A DNA stretch of 64,000 nucleotides from positions 186,001 to 250,000 of the IMG/VR virus record IMGVR_UViG_3300032236_002285. The stretch is one strand, 5' to 3'. Below, in pieces: positions 9,760 through 19,697 of this stretch. The translations under genes and the position numbers were made by a program. Numbering within the stretch: position 1 is the first letter of the stretch; every line of letters begins with the position of its first letter. The notes beneath the pieces were generated by a model, which worked only from the letters and a program-made list of their open reading frames with translations, searched no databases and had not been told where the DNA came from.

Positions 9760-10857
9760 TTAACCAATAGTTAAGAAGATTTTACGAGACATTCTATCCA
9801 CTGATAAAACTTTCACTTTAATTGCTTGACCAGCACTGAATTTTCTACCAAGTTTCTCCATTTCTGAAGTGTGGATAAGACCAACTGTCTCATCATCAAG
9901 GTTTACTAAAGTACCAAATGCTTTGGTGTCTTTAACGGTACCTTCAATGATTTGACCGTTTTTGATGTTGTCCCAAAGAGTTTCTCTCAAGATTTGAGTC
10001 AAGATAATTTTATCTTTAATCACTTCTTTGATATAGAACTCAATTTGGAATCCTGGTTGGATTTGAGTTAATTTCTCAGCCCATTCTGGATTAACGTTTG
10101 CCTTGTGAATCATTCCTGTAAGACATTCGTTGAACTCTACGAACACACCAAATGGTGTAGTTCCTGTAACGTGACCGTTATAGATTTTGTTGTATTCCAG
10201 TTGTTTAACAGCATCTGGGATAAGTGTTTGAAGATACTTACGTCTTGAAACGATATAAGTTCCTTCACTCTTTGAGTAAGATTCAATCATTACATTGAAT
10301 GTTTCACCTACTATTGACATAGGGTCGTGAAGTTTGTTGATTCCGGCTAAAGTATTTGGCATAAATCCTGGAAGTGTAACACCACCGTGATTTAATTCAA
10401 CATCATAACCAGCTGGGTTAAGACTCTTAACAGTAACCATAACTGATTCACCTTCAACAAGAGATTTAAGGTTAGCGTGAGCTCTTGATTCATAAAGAGA
10501 AGCAACGCTTCCTTTAATCATAAAAGCGTCTTGGTTTACTTCAGTTATCAAAACATCAATAGCATCACCAATGTTTAAGTTTTTGAAGTATTTAGATTCA
10601 CTAACTCGGTTATCCACTCTAACGTCATCTTTGTATCCTACTACACTGAATACATATTGGTCTGCTGACATGCCAATATATTTAGCGGATACTACTTGAT
10701 TTTCCTCAGGGATATTGATTACATCAAGGTTATAAAGTTTAATCATTTCTTGATACTCTTTTGTGCTTCTATTGCGAGTACCTTTTCGAGTAAATACTGA
10801 TTCATCAAAGATGTCCAATAATTCCTCATTTCCAATTGTGTTGTTATTCATATTCAT
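9760..10857 (-). CDS. rpsA: ribosomal protein S1-like protein (tandem S1 domains)
   Basis: Repeated S1/OB motifs: GHVTGTTPFGVFVEF...GMIHK, GTVKDTKAFGTLVNL...GLIHTSE...KVKVLSVD. Confidence 0.8.
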   Translation of the reverse strand: MNMNNNTIGNEELLDIFDESVFTRKGTRNRSTKEYQEMIKLYNLDVINIPEENQVVSAKYIGMSADQYVFSVVGYKDDVRVDNRVSESKYFKNLNIGDAIDVLITEVNQDAFMIKGSVASLYESRAHANLKSLVEGESVMVTVKSLNPAGYDVELNHGGVTLPGFMPNTLAGINKLHDPMSIVGETFNVMIESYSKSEGTYIVSRRKYLQTLIPDAVKQLEYNKIYNGHVTGTTPFGVFVEFNECLTGMIHKANVNPEWAEKLTQIQPGFQIEFYIKEVIKDKIILTQILRETLWDNIKNGQIIEGTVKDTKAFGTLVNLDDETVGLIHTSEMEKLGRKFSAGQAIKVKVLSVDRMSRKIFLTIG

Positions 10858-10915
10858 ATTTTTTAGAGTTACAAAGTAATATATTCAAATCGACTTTAAT
10901 AGTTTAGAAAAAAAA

Positions 10916-11323
10916 TTAATATCTTTTAATATTATTTCTATTCATATAGTCACGAACTCTTGCCGCTTCTTCATACTTCTCTTTTCTGATTAAGTCGTCA
11001 AGCTTTTTGTTTAATTCCTTAGTGACTTCTTCTATTCCTTTTTGCTTAGAAAGTTGTTGAATATCATCAATAAAAGAATTATAAAAATTTTCCATTTGAG
11101 AGATGTCTACAAAGTAGACAGGTACTGGAACAGGTAAGAGTTTTTGTTCAGAAGATTTTTCATCTTCATTTAACTCTTTTAATCTATCACTGTTTTTAAT
11201 TTTTCTAATAAACTCATCAGTAAGTGCTGAATTTTCAACCAGATACTTAGCTAAGTGATAAGGTCTATTTTTGAACATTTTGAGTAGAATAACTAAACTA
11301 CGATATAATTCCTCATTTTCCAT
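10916..11323 (-). CDS. protein with C-terminal UVR (UvrB/UvrC) coiled-coil motif
   Basis: LNKKLDDLIRKEKYEEAARVRD. Confidence 0.65.
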   Translation of the reverse strand: MENEELYRSLVILLKMFKNRPYHLAKYLVENSALTDEFIRKIKNSDRLKELNEDEKSSEQKLLPVPVPVYFVDISQMENFYNSFIDDIQQLSKQKGIEEVTKELNKKLDDLIRKEKYEEAARVRDYMNRNNIKRY

Positions 11324-11353
11324 ACAACTTTTATGTAGGAAATGGTAACTTGT

Positions 11354-12043
11354 TTAGATCCTTTCGAAGAAAATATTAAAGTAATAATCAAAGTTATATT
11401 GAGATGATGACTTCTCTTGACTGAAGTAAACTTTTATTTGAGAATCATCATATGCCAAATCCTTTTGAATTTTTGTTAGTAAGTTAGAATTTGATATGAT
11501 ATTTGGATTCCAAGTATTTACATATCTTAATACATTTTGATTCATTAAGTCTTTATAAGAAAGATATAAATCTATTCTACTAAACTTATATTTATTTAAC
11601 ACATTATTAGATATGTATTCTTTTAAAGCAGTATTTACATCATTATTCTTTGTTATTGAGTTACTAACTCCTTCAAAACTTCTATATCTTTTCATAATAG
11701 CAAATAAGTAATCGGATAAAATCGATTTTAAGTCAATATTTAATATCCATTTAGTATTGCCATCTTTTTGGTAGGATAATTGAGACGGATCAATCGTGAT
11801 TGTTTGATGACTTTTCATATTATCCGATGCAGAATAAACTTGTGTTGGTAAAGATGACTCAATTGATAAATCTAATTGCTCACCTGTAGCTTTTTGATAA
11901 TAGATAATATTTTGATTTGAAATATAAATACTATCTTCAATATACAACATTTTAGCACTAAAGAAGTTACTTTCTTCAACCATGTTATAAGTTCCGTATA
12001 TTGACGAATTAATGAATTCTGGTGATATGTAATTTCTTCTCAT
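11354..12043 (-). CDS. hypothetical (probable virion) protein
   Basis: In operon with two very large Asn/Ser/Thr-rich ORFs. Confidence 0.65.
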   Translation of the reverse strand: MRRNYISPEFINSSIYGTYNMVEESNFFSAKMLYIEDSIYISNQNIIYYQKATGEQLDLSIESSLPTQVYSASDNMKSHQTITIDPSQLSYQKDGNTKWILNIDLKSILSDYLFAIMKRYRSFEGVSNSITKNNDVNTALKEYISNNVLNKYKFSRIDLYLSYKDLMNQNVLRYVNTWNPNIISNSNLLTKIQKDLAYDDSQIKVYFSQEKSSSQYNFDYYFNIFFERI

Positions 12044-12044
12044 G

Positions 12045-15000
12045 TTATAAACTTATATTTTTAATTGGTGTTTGAATACCTCTTAAACCAACATCTTGTA
12101 TAAGTGTTGATTTAGATTCTAATGATGTGGCAACAGAAGGGTTATTAGCTGTTAAATAATGATAGTTCAAATCCCAAGTTGACTTAAATATAAATGAGTC
12201 TAATATAGTATAACCAAACTCATCAAGCATAGGATAAATTGACTTTTCACTAGTTACATTATTTAATTTAAGAACTGAGTTAACATGATTTATTTTTCTT
12301 ACCTTTCTTTCCTTTACAATACCGAATTCAGTTAAAGTTGTATCAAATTTATAATTGCTTAAAACCTGATATTGTGTTGATGTTGGTTCTTTAGGTGATT
12401 CAAATAATTGTATATCATAAAAAATAGGCATATAAAAACCACTAAATCTATAAATAACATCTTGTGTTATGTTAACATTGCCATTATAATTAGCAATTGG
12501 CTCTGGAACATCATTATTAGGTATTATCTCAGCCGCAACAGATACATTGTTATAATAATTTAAATTACTCAAATCAGCCGCAATGGATGTTAAAACTTTA
12601 GAAGCTTTAAGTTGTTTAGGTGTGTCTATAGCATTTGTTGTAATAGAATTGTGTTTCATCATAACTTCATCCGGTGTTTCACAAATTATATAGTGAGGCA
12701 ATCCTTGAATATTGTCATAATTATATCTTTTAATACTACCATCTTCTCCTATTATTATATAATTGATAAAATCAGTAAATCCATACTTATTTGATAAATC
12801 ATTTATACTTTGAATAAAATTATGAGCTGTTAGCTTTTTATTTAATTCATTGTATAAGGTATCTCTATCAACATTGCTTAAATTTGGAACCGTATTGTCA
12901 GATATATTTACATTGATAAGAATATTCTTCCACATTTTATTTATGTAGATATTAATACCGTTTTCCAATGTTGAGTTAGATGTATTACTATTTATCATAT
13001 AGTATGAGTTATTCATCTCAATTATTGGATTTGTTGTTGAGTTATAGACAATAGAAGTATCTGGTAGTAAACTATATTGTCTTGTCCAATCTTTTGAAAC
13101 GCCTGGTTCGTTACCCGCCATTGAAGATGTACAATAGTAAACTACTTCGTTATGAACAATATATGTATTTGTGTATGAAACACTAGGATTCCAAATACTT
13201 ATAGTTGACCATTTTGGACTATTTGATTGAGTTGCTACCCAGTAGTAACTACCTGTGTTGTCATATACAACTGTGCCTTCTAATTGACTTCTAAGTGGGT
13301 TATAAGATGTTGTTATATTATAAGGTTGTTGATAATCTGGTCTATGATGGTTTGATGAAGTCATAGACATATAATATTGACCTTTGAATAAAACAGTTGA
13401 ACCATAAGAATATCCGGGTGTATCAGATTGTGTTGGACTCCAGAAATCATCCGTACCACCAACATAGTAATAATAATCACCATGATTATAAACTATATCA
13501 TTGTTAAAACCAACTCCAGATCCTGGGTAAGTACCTATTGGACTCCAAAAAACTGACTTACCACTTACTGTTGTGTATGGTAACCAACCAACTTGATTAT
13601 ATGGTGCAGATATTACTCTTTTCATTGATGTGTAATCCTTACTAGGAACTGTAACAATATTATTGATTATCGTAGATTGATATAAAATATCATCTTTAAC
13701 TACAATGTCTCCAAGATTGTATGTTTTGTCCATTTTCCAGTTATCAAAAATAGTCCAACTCATTTGGTTTTGTGATTGAGTTAAAGCACCAATGTTGTTA
13801 CCAAGTGGTGAATCAATAACTGACCAGTCATTATCTGATAATAATATAGAAAACTTATACCCATCAAATGTATTTGATGTTTTTAGGTTCAACATACTTA
13901 TTTTACCAGTTTGGTCTTTTTTAATATCATCAATATCATAGATTAAAAACTTAATACCTTTGAAAACCGACATATTTGGTATAGAAGTATCTCCTGTGTT
14001 GAATAAAGAATACTTTTTAACATTTTTAGATACTTTATAGTTATCAAAATTAGCTGTTCTATTAAAGAAATAAGAAAAATAATCAAAACTATAAGTAGCA
14101 GAAGATCCAGTTGCTGTTGTATAAGTAGTTAAATTCAAATACTTATCAAGTTCAAAGTTAAATGATGTGTCTATACCAGACGATGTTTGATTCTCAACAT
14201 GTAAAGTATGATGTATATAAGATGATGTTGAAGAATTAATAGTATAGAAATAGTCTAAATTTCTTTCAATTCTTCGTGTGTCGGGATCGAAAGGATTAGC
14301 CGTTCTATTGTAATCTTCAAACATCAAAGAGTTATTCAATAAATAAGGAACATCATTTGCTGATAGTGAATTTTGAAATCCCCATCTACAATAAGTAGCA
14401 TTTTTTCTCCATATCTCAGAAAGACTACCGTTATCTATCTTAAATGTTTCATAATTAGCCGTATATTCAGATGATACAGGTATATTAACTACTTCTGAGT
14501 TATATACAAAGTCATCATAATGCTTTGGAAAAGTGTTGCTATTTAAATTTGTAAGATACATCTTAGTCTCATCTGTGTTAGTTAAGCTGAACTTATTTTC
14601 ATATTCATATTTAGAATATTCAGTATCAATAATTTTATCATCAAAGTCTTTAATATCCGTAAATTTAAGTTTATAAATATTAAACTTTTTAGGTGGATTA
14701 TTAGCATCAACAACAAAGCTTACTTTTTTAGTATAGCTAGGATCATTTTTATTAATCCAATATTGATAATCATTTTGATTAACCTTAAAAGAATAATCTG
14801 TATTGATTCTAATTCTTGTTGTAACGGTTTTAACCCCATTAACTAATTCTGGACCAGTTTCTCTAACTAAATTATGTAAAACGCCATCAATTTCAATTAA
14901 CCAAATATCAGCAGAATCCCACTCATCAAATAAGTAGTTACTATTATCATAGTTTAATAATCTATTAGGATATATTGAGTCATCAGCACCTATAGTACCA

Positions 15001-16157
15001 AAACCTTTGTTTAACATAGATTGTTTACCAGATAAATCAATATCCGATATAATTCTATACTTATTAGTTACTTTATCTGTATATTGTTGAGTAACAACAT
15101 TTCCAGTTTTAACTGGTTGTAAAACATTTGGTGTTGTTTGAGTGAACATTTCTACCTTATAATATTCTCCATTATATTCTACATAATAAATCTTATTATC
15201 TAAGAATCCTTCTACAAATGGGTCACCTGATGGTGAATATAATATATTACCTGGTTGAATAACAGCATCTGATTTAATAAATGGTGTGATATAAGGTGAA
15301 ATAGCTTTTACCTTAACCATATCTTCTAAATAAAAACCATAATATCTATTAATAGACCATTTTCTAATAGAATCAGAATCAGCAGGCATGTCGTTAAAAA
15401 GAAAAGACATATTGATTATATTAGGGAAAACAACTTTGTGGTTTTTATAACCATCAAAAACGAATTTTTCAAATTCGTATATTTCTTTTTCGTTTTCATA
15501 AACTGACTCTAAAAATTGAGACTTACTTATATAACCACCTGTTTCATAATCTATACCATTCCATTTAGTAAACTCTAAGTTTTGAAAACTCATTTCAAAT
15601 GGAGTTAAAGGAAAAAAAGAATTATTATTGAAATTTAAATCCAACCATTCACCTAACACGCTATTTTTAGTTAAATCAAATACCTTAACCGTTTTGAATT
15701 TATTAAGTATGTTAGATTTAAAATTATCTTTAGTAACTGATTCAATGCCTGTTCCATCTACTCTAAAAATAATAAACTTCTTAGGTAAATTATTTGGTGA
15801 AATATAAAGTGGAGAAAAATATTCAAATTCTTCTTGATAGTTTTTATTATCAGATATATTTCTAGCACCATACTGATAAAGTTCATCATATTGAGCAGAA
15901 TAATCTTTACTCATAGAATCAACATCATTATCATACTTTATGTAAAAAGCTGTATCAGCTGGTAAGCCATCATAAAAATAAGTTACTAATTCATCATAGT
16001 AATTCTTTTTAATAAAATCAACTTTTTTGAATTTAGTATTTGACAGCTCTTCTTTTGATTCAATACTATCAAGTGATAAATTATAGCTACTATCCACCAT
16101 TATTTTGATGTTAGTAGTTAATCCGACATTAGTTCTTAATATAGCAAAGCTCTTCAA
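12045..16157 (-). CDS. large putative virion structural protein (1370 aa)
   Basis: Length, S/T/N richness, repeated WxxxxxYxxGDxV-like modules. Confidence 0.65.
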   Translation of the reverse strand: MKSFAILRTNVGLTTNIKIMVDSSYNLSLDSIESKEELSNTKFKKVDFIKKNYYDELVTYFYDGLPADTAFYIKYDNDVDSMSKDYSAQYDELYQYGARNISDNKNYQEEFEYFSPLYISPNNLPKKFIIFRVDGTGIESVTKDNFKSNILNKFKTVKVFDLTKNSVLGEWLDLNFNNNSFFPLTPFEMSFQNLEFTKWNGIDYETGGYISKSQFLESVYENEKEIYEFEKFVFDGYKNHKVVFPNIINMSFLFNDMPADSDSIRKWSINRYYGFYLEDMVKVKAISPYITPFIKSDAVIQPGNILYSPSGDPFVEGFLDNKIYYVEYNGEYYKVEMFTQTTPNVLQPVKTGNVVTQQYTDKVTNKYRIISDIDLSGKQSMLNKGFGTIGADDSIYPNRLLNYDNSNYLFDEWDSADIWLIEIDGVLHNLVRETGPELVNGVKTVTTRIRINTDYSFKVNQNDYQYWINKNDPSYTKKVSFVVDANNPPKKFNIYKLKFTDIKDFDDKIIDTEYSKYEYENKFSLTNTDETKMYLTNLNSNTFPKHYDDFVYNSEVVNIPVSSEYTANYETFKIDNGSLSEIWRKNATYCRWGFQNSLSANDVPYLLNNSLMFEDYNRTANPFDPDTRRIERNLDYFYTINSSTSSYIHHTLHVENQTSSGIDTSFNFELDKYLNLTTYTTATGSSATYSFDYFSYFFNRTANFDNYKVSKNVKKYSLFNTGDTSIPNMSVFKGIKFLIYDIDDIKKDQTGKISMLNLKTSNTFDGYKFSILLSDNDWSVIDSPLGNNIGALTQSQNQMSWTIFDNWKMDKTYNLGDIVVKDDILYQSTIINNIVTVPSKDYTSMKRVISAPYNQVGWLPYTTVSGKSVFWSPIGTYPGSGVGFNNDIVYNHGDYYYYVGGTDDFWSPTQSDTPGYSYGSTVLFKGQYYMSMTSSNHHRPDYQQPYNITTSYNPLRSQLEGTVVYDNTGSYYWVATQSNSPKWSTISIWNPSVSYTNTYIVHNEVVYYCTSSMAGNEPGVSKDWTRQYSLLPDTSIVYNSTTNPIIEMNNSYYMINSNTSNSTLENGINIYINKMWKNILINVNISDNTVPNLSNVDRDTLYNELNKKLTAHNFIQSINDLSNKYGFTDFINYIIIGEDGSIKRYNYDNIQGLPHYIICETPDEVMMKHNSITTNAIDTPKQLKASKVLTSIAADLSNLNYYNNVSVAAEIIPNNDVPEPIANYNGNVNITQDVIYRFSGFYMPIFYDIQLFESPKEPTSTQYQVLSNYKFDTTLTEFGIVKERKVRKINHVNSVLKLNNVTSEKSIYPMLDEFGYTILDSFIFKSTWDLNYHYLTANNPSVATSLESKSTLIQDVGLRGIQTPIKNISL

Positions 16158-16172
16158 TTTTTAAAAATTATT

Positions 16173-19100
16173 TTATCTGATAGAAGTGTTAATTGCATTA
16201 GTTACTTTTCTAACGATTACTTTACTTCTATTTATATTAAACTTGATACTGAATACAAATGGTCTGTTTTCTGCCTCATTTTCTAAGAAGAATTTAACCT
16301 TCTTAACATGTTGTACCGTCTGTCTAGATGAATTTAGATTAATGTATTTATAGTTTAATCCACTTTGATTATTGTCTAAAGAATTCATTTTGAAGTAAAT
16401 ATTCAAAGGAATAACGGTAGAATTAGCATCACCAGTATCAATTGTTTTTATTTTATCTGAGTTTGTTTCTACAATTGTTTCTAAGTTATGAACAACTGGA
16501 TGTATAGTTGTTAATAATTTAGCCGTAGATGATACAGAAACATTCGTATCTATCCACTTTGAAGGATCTAATAAAGATTTATTATTACCAACAAATGATA
16601 AAATAGCTGTTTCATTAAATCCTACATTATATTCATTAGAAGATAAAACATTAGTAATAGAGTTTGATGCGTTTGTTGTAAATAAATTTCCTACATTTTC
16701 TGTTAACTTAGTAACAGATGTGTCTAAAACAGAATCATAATTTATCATCCAAACATATTGGTTATCTAATTGTGTTCTGGTTTGACCTGAAATATCTGAA
16801 GTTATTAACTCATCGTGGTCATTAACCCAGAATGTTTGAGGAACACCTGTGTTATAAACACTTGGGTTTTGTAAATAAGTTCTATTAGAAAGTAATCCTA
16901 ATGGAGAACTTGTTGACTTATTTCTAATCTTAACAACATAGTCTTTAATAACATAGATATTATTAGCATAAACTCTACCAGTTGGTATTCCAGAACCAGT
17001 ATATGGATCAAGATAATCTTCACACTCAACATTAAATGTTGTTTCACTTCCATTAGCAACTGCAAACTCTTGGTTATTTCTAAGAATAACAACTTCAAGT
17101 TCACCTTTAACCATTTTAATTTTCTCTTCAAGAGTAGCAATTCTATCTTGTAAGGATTTTAAGTAAGTAAATAAGTCTAAAGCAACACCATTGGCATCCT
17201 TAAATCCAGATAATATCTTAGTTGCATCATGATGAAAAGTAACATTATTTACAACAATAGTATCTGATAAGTGATCATCTAAACCTTTAGCTGATAACTC
17301 TTGATTTACCTTAACTTTTAAGTCTTCAGATGTTGCTGCTTGTAATATAAAGTCATTTTCATTTAAAACATTATTTAAATCATTTGGAAACTCAATAGTT
17401 AAAATATCAGACCAATCTGATTCTACTGGAGACTCAGGCCAACCTACTTCAGATATAGATTTAATTCTAACATCTATTTTTTCATTAGCTTGAATATCTA
17501 AGTCTAATTGGTTAATATTAGGAGTATCAGCACTTTCAATATTTTGGATCTCCCAAGTATATTCACCAGTACCTTGATTATAAACTCTTTTTCTAGCATC
17601 TGTTTTAAATTCATTCCAGTTAGAGAATGCTGCTTTTGTTTGAGTATTATCAACTGCAAATGTTTCAACTGGTGGTTCAGTACCATCTTTACTTAAATAT
17701 CTATATTGAACTCTAAATTGAACAATCTCTTGTGGTCTTGTACCTCTTGTAACAACAGCAGACGGTATAGTCCAGAAACCTCTAATTCTAAACTTAGGTT
17801 GTACCTTTGTTTGAGGACTATTTGATAACTGAATAATTTCTTGAGTTGTAGTAGCAAGTAATTTAGACTTACTATCTTTTTTTCTTGTAAGCTCTTCAAT
17901 TTCAAGATTTGCTTGTTTTTTATCAGATTCAGATTTGAATTTGACAAATTTAGCTTTAGCATTTTTATCAACAATAGCATCAGAAATTTGTTGTATCTCA
18001 GATTGTAACGTAAGATGATAATTATGCTTTTGTTTAATTAAATTAGAATCAGGAGTATCTGTTAAGTGTTTATTAATTTGAACAACTTTAAAGTTAGCCG
18101 AATTCAATGTTGGTGCAACTGGTGTGCCAGCTAAAGAATTAGGAGTCTTTTTGGCAACCAAGTCTTTCAATACCGTACCATAGTCATATACATAGTCTGT
18201 ATAGAATTGCTCCATTGTAAGACCATTTTGAGGTGATGTTGAATCTAATGTTAAATCATTAGTCCAATATCCTGTACCTAAGCTCCAATTTCTTGCCAAT
18301 AGATTAACATCGGCATTTAATGGTTTAATAAAAACTACATTTCTCTCGTTATAACCAACACTTACTTTTACTGTTTTAGTGTAAAGAACTGGTGAGTAAA
18401 TTTTAAGAGTTCCAATTCCAACAGGAATTGCTTCAACACCTTCAACTCTTTCAAATCTAACTCTTGGGCTAGATTCTGCAGTAGATACTTCAATTACTTT
18501 ATATCTTGTTGAAGTTTGAGCTGAATTAATAATAACTTCACTACCAACAGATAATTGAGCTGTTTGATTGGATGCTCTAACTAAATATGTTAAAGTATCT
18601 AAAACATACCAAAGTTTTCTATTAATTCTATCTTCTTGAATTCTAAGAACTGAAAACTGACCATCATATAACAAATCTTGAGGGTCTAAATCAAATACTT
18701 GCTCATCAAATTGAGGATTAGTAGGATAAAGAACACCTGGTGTTGTACTATGCCAGTTTTCAAAATCAGTTATAACAATTGAAGAATTACCTCTAAATAA
18801 AGTATTAAAGCTATTCAAAGCTGATTGTCCAAGTGCTGTTAAGTTACCTGAAGCATCAGTTGCAAAATCTACAATGTATCTTCTACTTAAAACCTTTCTT
18901 ACATTATCTTCTACTTTTCCAGTTAGATCTAATTCAATAGAAACAATTGGACTCATAAGTCCATCAAAAAACCAATTATTAACCGCCTTAAATTTAGTAA
19001 GTGTACCAAGTGTTCCGACAGCATTTGGTTCTCTATTTAAGTCAACTGTAATTATTTTTTTATATTTATTCTGGCTTGATGTTGATATCATCGAACCAGC

Positions 19101-19340
19101 AGTATCAATACTATAAAGTGAATTGATGTTGTTATTCAATCTATCTATATCAGCTTTTAATGAACTGAAAGAAGGAACTGCAAAATTTCTTAAAACTCCA
19201 TTTTCATCATAAATTTGAATATTTACAGATGGGTCTTGCGTTGTTGTTAAAGTATTAATCTGACCTAGTATTTCTATAATATTTTTATTAGAGGAAATGA
19301 CCTGGTCAGCTACCGTCGGAAATGAACTTTGAATTGGCAT
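16173..19340 (-). CDS. large putative virion structural protein (1055 aa)
   Basis: Central coiled coil and FN3-like segment; TAATATATA motif upstream at 19363-19371. Confidence 0.65.
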   Translation of the reverse strand: MPIQSSFPTVADQVISSNKNIIEILGQINTLTTTQDPSVNIQIYDENGVLRNFAVPSFSSLKADIDRLNNNINSLYSIDTAGSMISTSSQNKYKKIITVDLNREPNAVGTLGTLTKFKAVNNWFFDGLMSPIVSIELDLTGKVEDNVRKVLSRRYIVDFATDASGNLTALGQSALNSFNTLFRGNSSIVITDFENWHSTTPGVLYPTNPQFDEQVFDLDPQDLLYDGQFSVLRIQEDRINRKLWYVLDTLTYLVRASNQTAQLSVGSEVIINSAQTSTRYKVIEVSTAESSPRVRFERVEGVEAIPVGIGTLKIYSPVLYTKTVKVSVGYNERNVVFIKPLNADVNLLARNWSLGTGYWTNDLTLDSTSPQNGLTMEQFYTDYVYDYGTVLKDLVAKKTPNSLAGTPVAPTLNSANFKVVQINKHLTDTPDSNLIKQKHNYHLTLQSEIQQISDAIVDKNAKAKFVKFKSESDKKQANLEIEELTRKKDSKSKLLATTTQEIIQLSNSPQTKVQPKFRIRGFWTIPSAVVTRGTRPQEIVQFRVQYRYLSKDGTEPPVETFAVDNTQTKAAFSNWNEFKTDARKRVYNQGTGEYTWEIQNIESADTPNINQLDLDIQANEKIDVRIKSISEVGWPESPVESDWSDILTIEFPNDLNNVLNENDFILQAATSEDLKVKVNQELSAKGLDDHLSDTIVVNNVTFHHDATKILSGFKDANGVALDLFTYLKSLQDRIATLEEKIKMVKGELEVVILRNNQEFAVANGSETTFNVECEDYLDPYTGSGIPTGRVYANNIYVIKDYVVKIRNKSTSSPLGLLSNRTYLQNPSVYNTGVPQTFWVNDHDELITSDISGQTRTQLDNQYVWMINYDSVLDTSVTKLTENVGNLFTTNASNSITNVLSSNEYNVGFNETAILSFVGNNKSLLDPSKWIDTNVSVSSTAKLLTTIHPVVHNLETIVETNSDKIKTIDTGDANSTVIPLNIYFKMNSLDNNQSGLNYKYINLNSSRQTVQHVKKVKFFLENEAENRPFVFSIKFNINRSKVIVRKVTNAINTSIR

Positions 19341-19428
19341 TTTTTAATCTATTGATTTTTCTTATATATTAAATTCTACTCATTTCTTTAATATTTGTTT
19401 TTGTTAAATTATTTCCTTAATTTTGTTT

Positions 19429-19668
19429 ATGATGAAGATTTACAAAGTAACATTTAATGATGGTGGTTGGCATAGTGGACCACTACCTAGTACAACAATA
19501 GTTGCTGAATCTGGTGATGATGCAAAGGAAAAGGCACTATTATTAAACCCAATGTATAAAAATAGGTATGATGTTTGGGTCTCTGAATTCAAAATAGAAG
19601 GCTATGTAATAGAGGTTTATGATGAAAAAACATATAACCGTGAAAAGAATCTTAACAAAATTCTTTAA
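19429..19668 (+). CDS. small hypothetical protein ending YNREKNLNKIL
   Basis: ORF; recurrent C-terminal tag. Confidence 0.65.
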   Translation: MMKIYKVTFNDGGWHSGPLPSTTIVAESGDDAKEKALLLNPMYKNRYDVWVSEFKIEGYVIEVYDEKTYNREKNLNKIL

Positions 19669-19697
19669 TTAATAAAAAAATTAACTATCTTTGTAAA

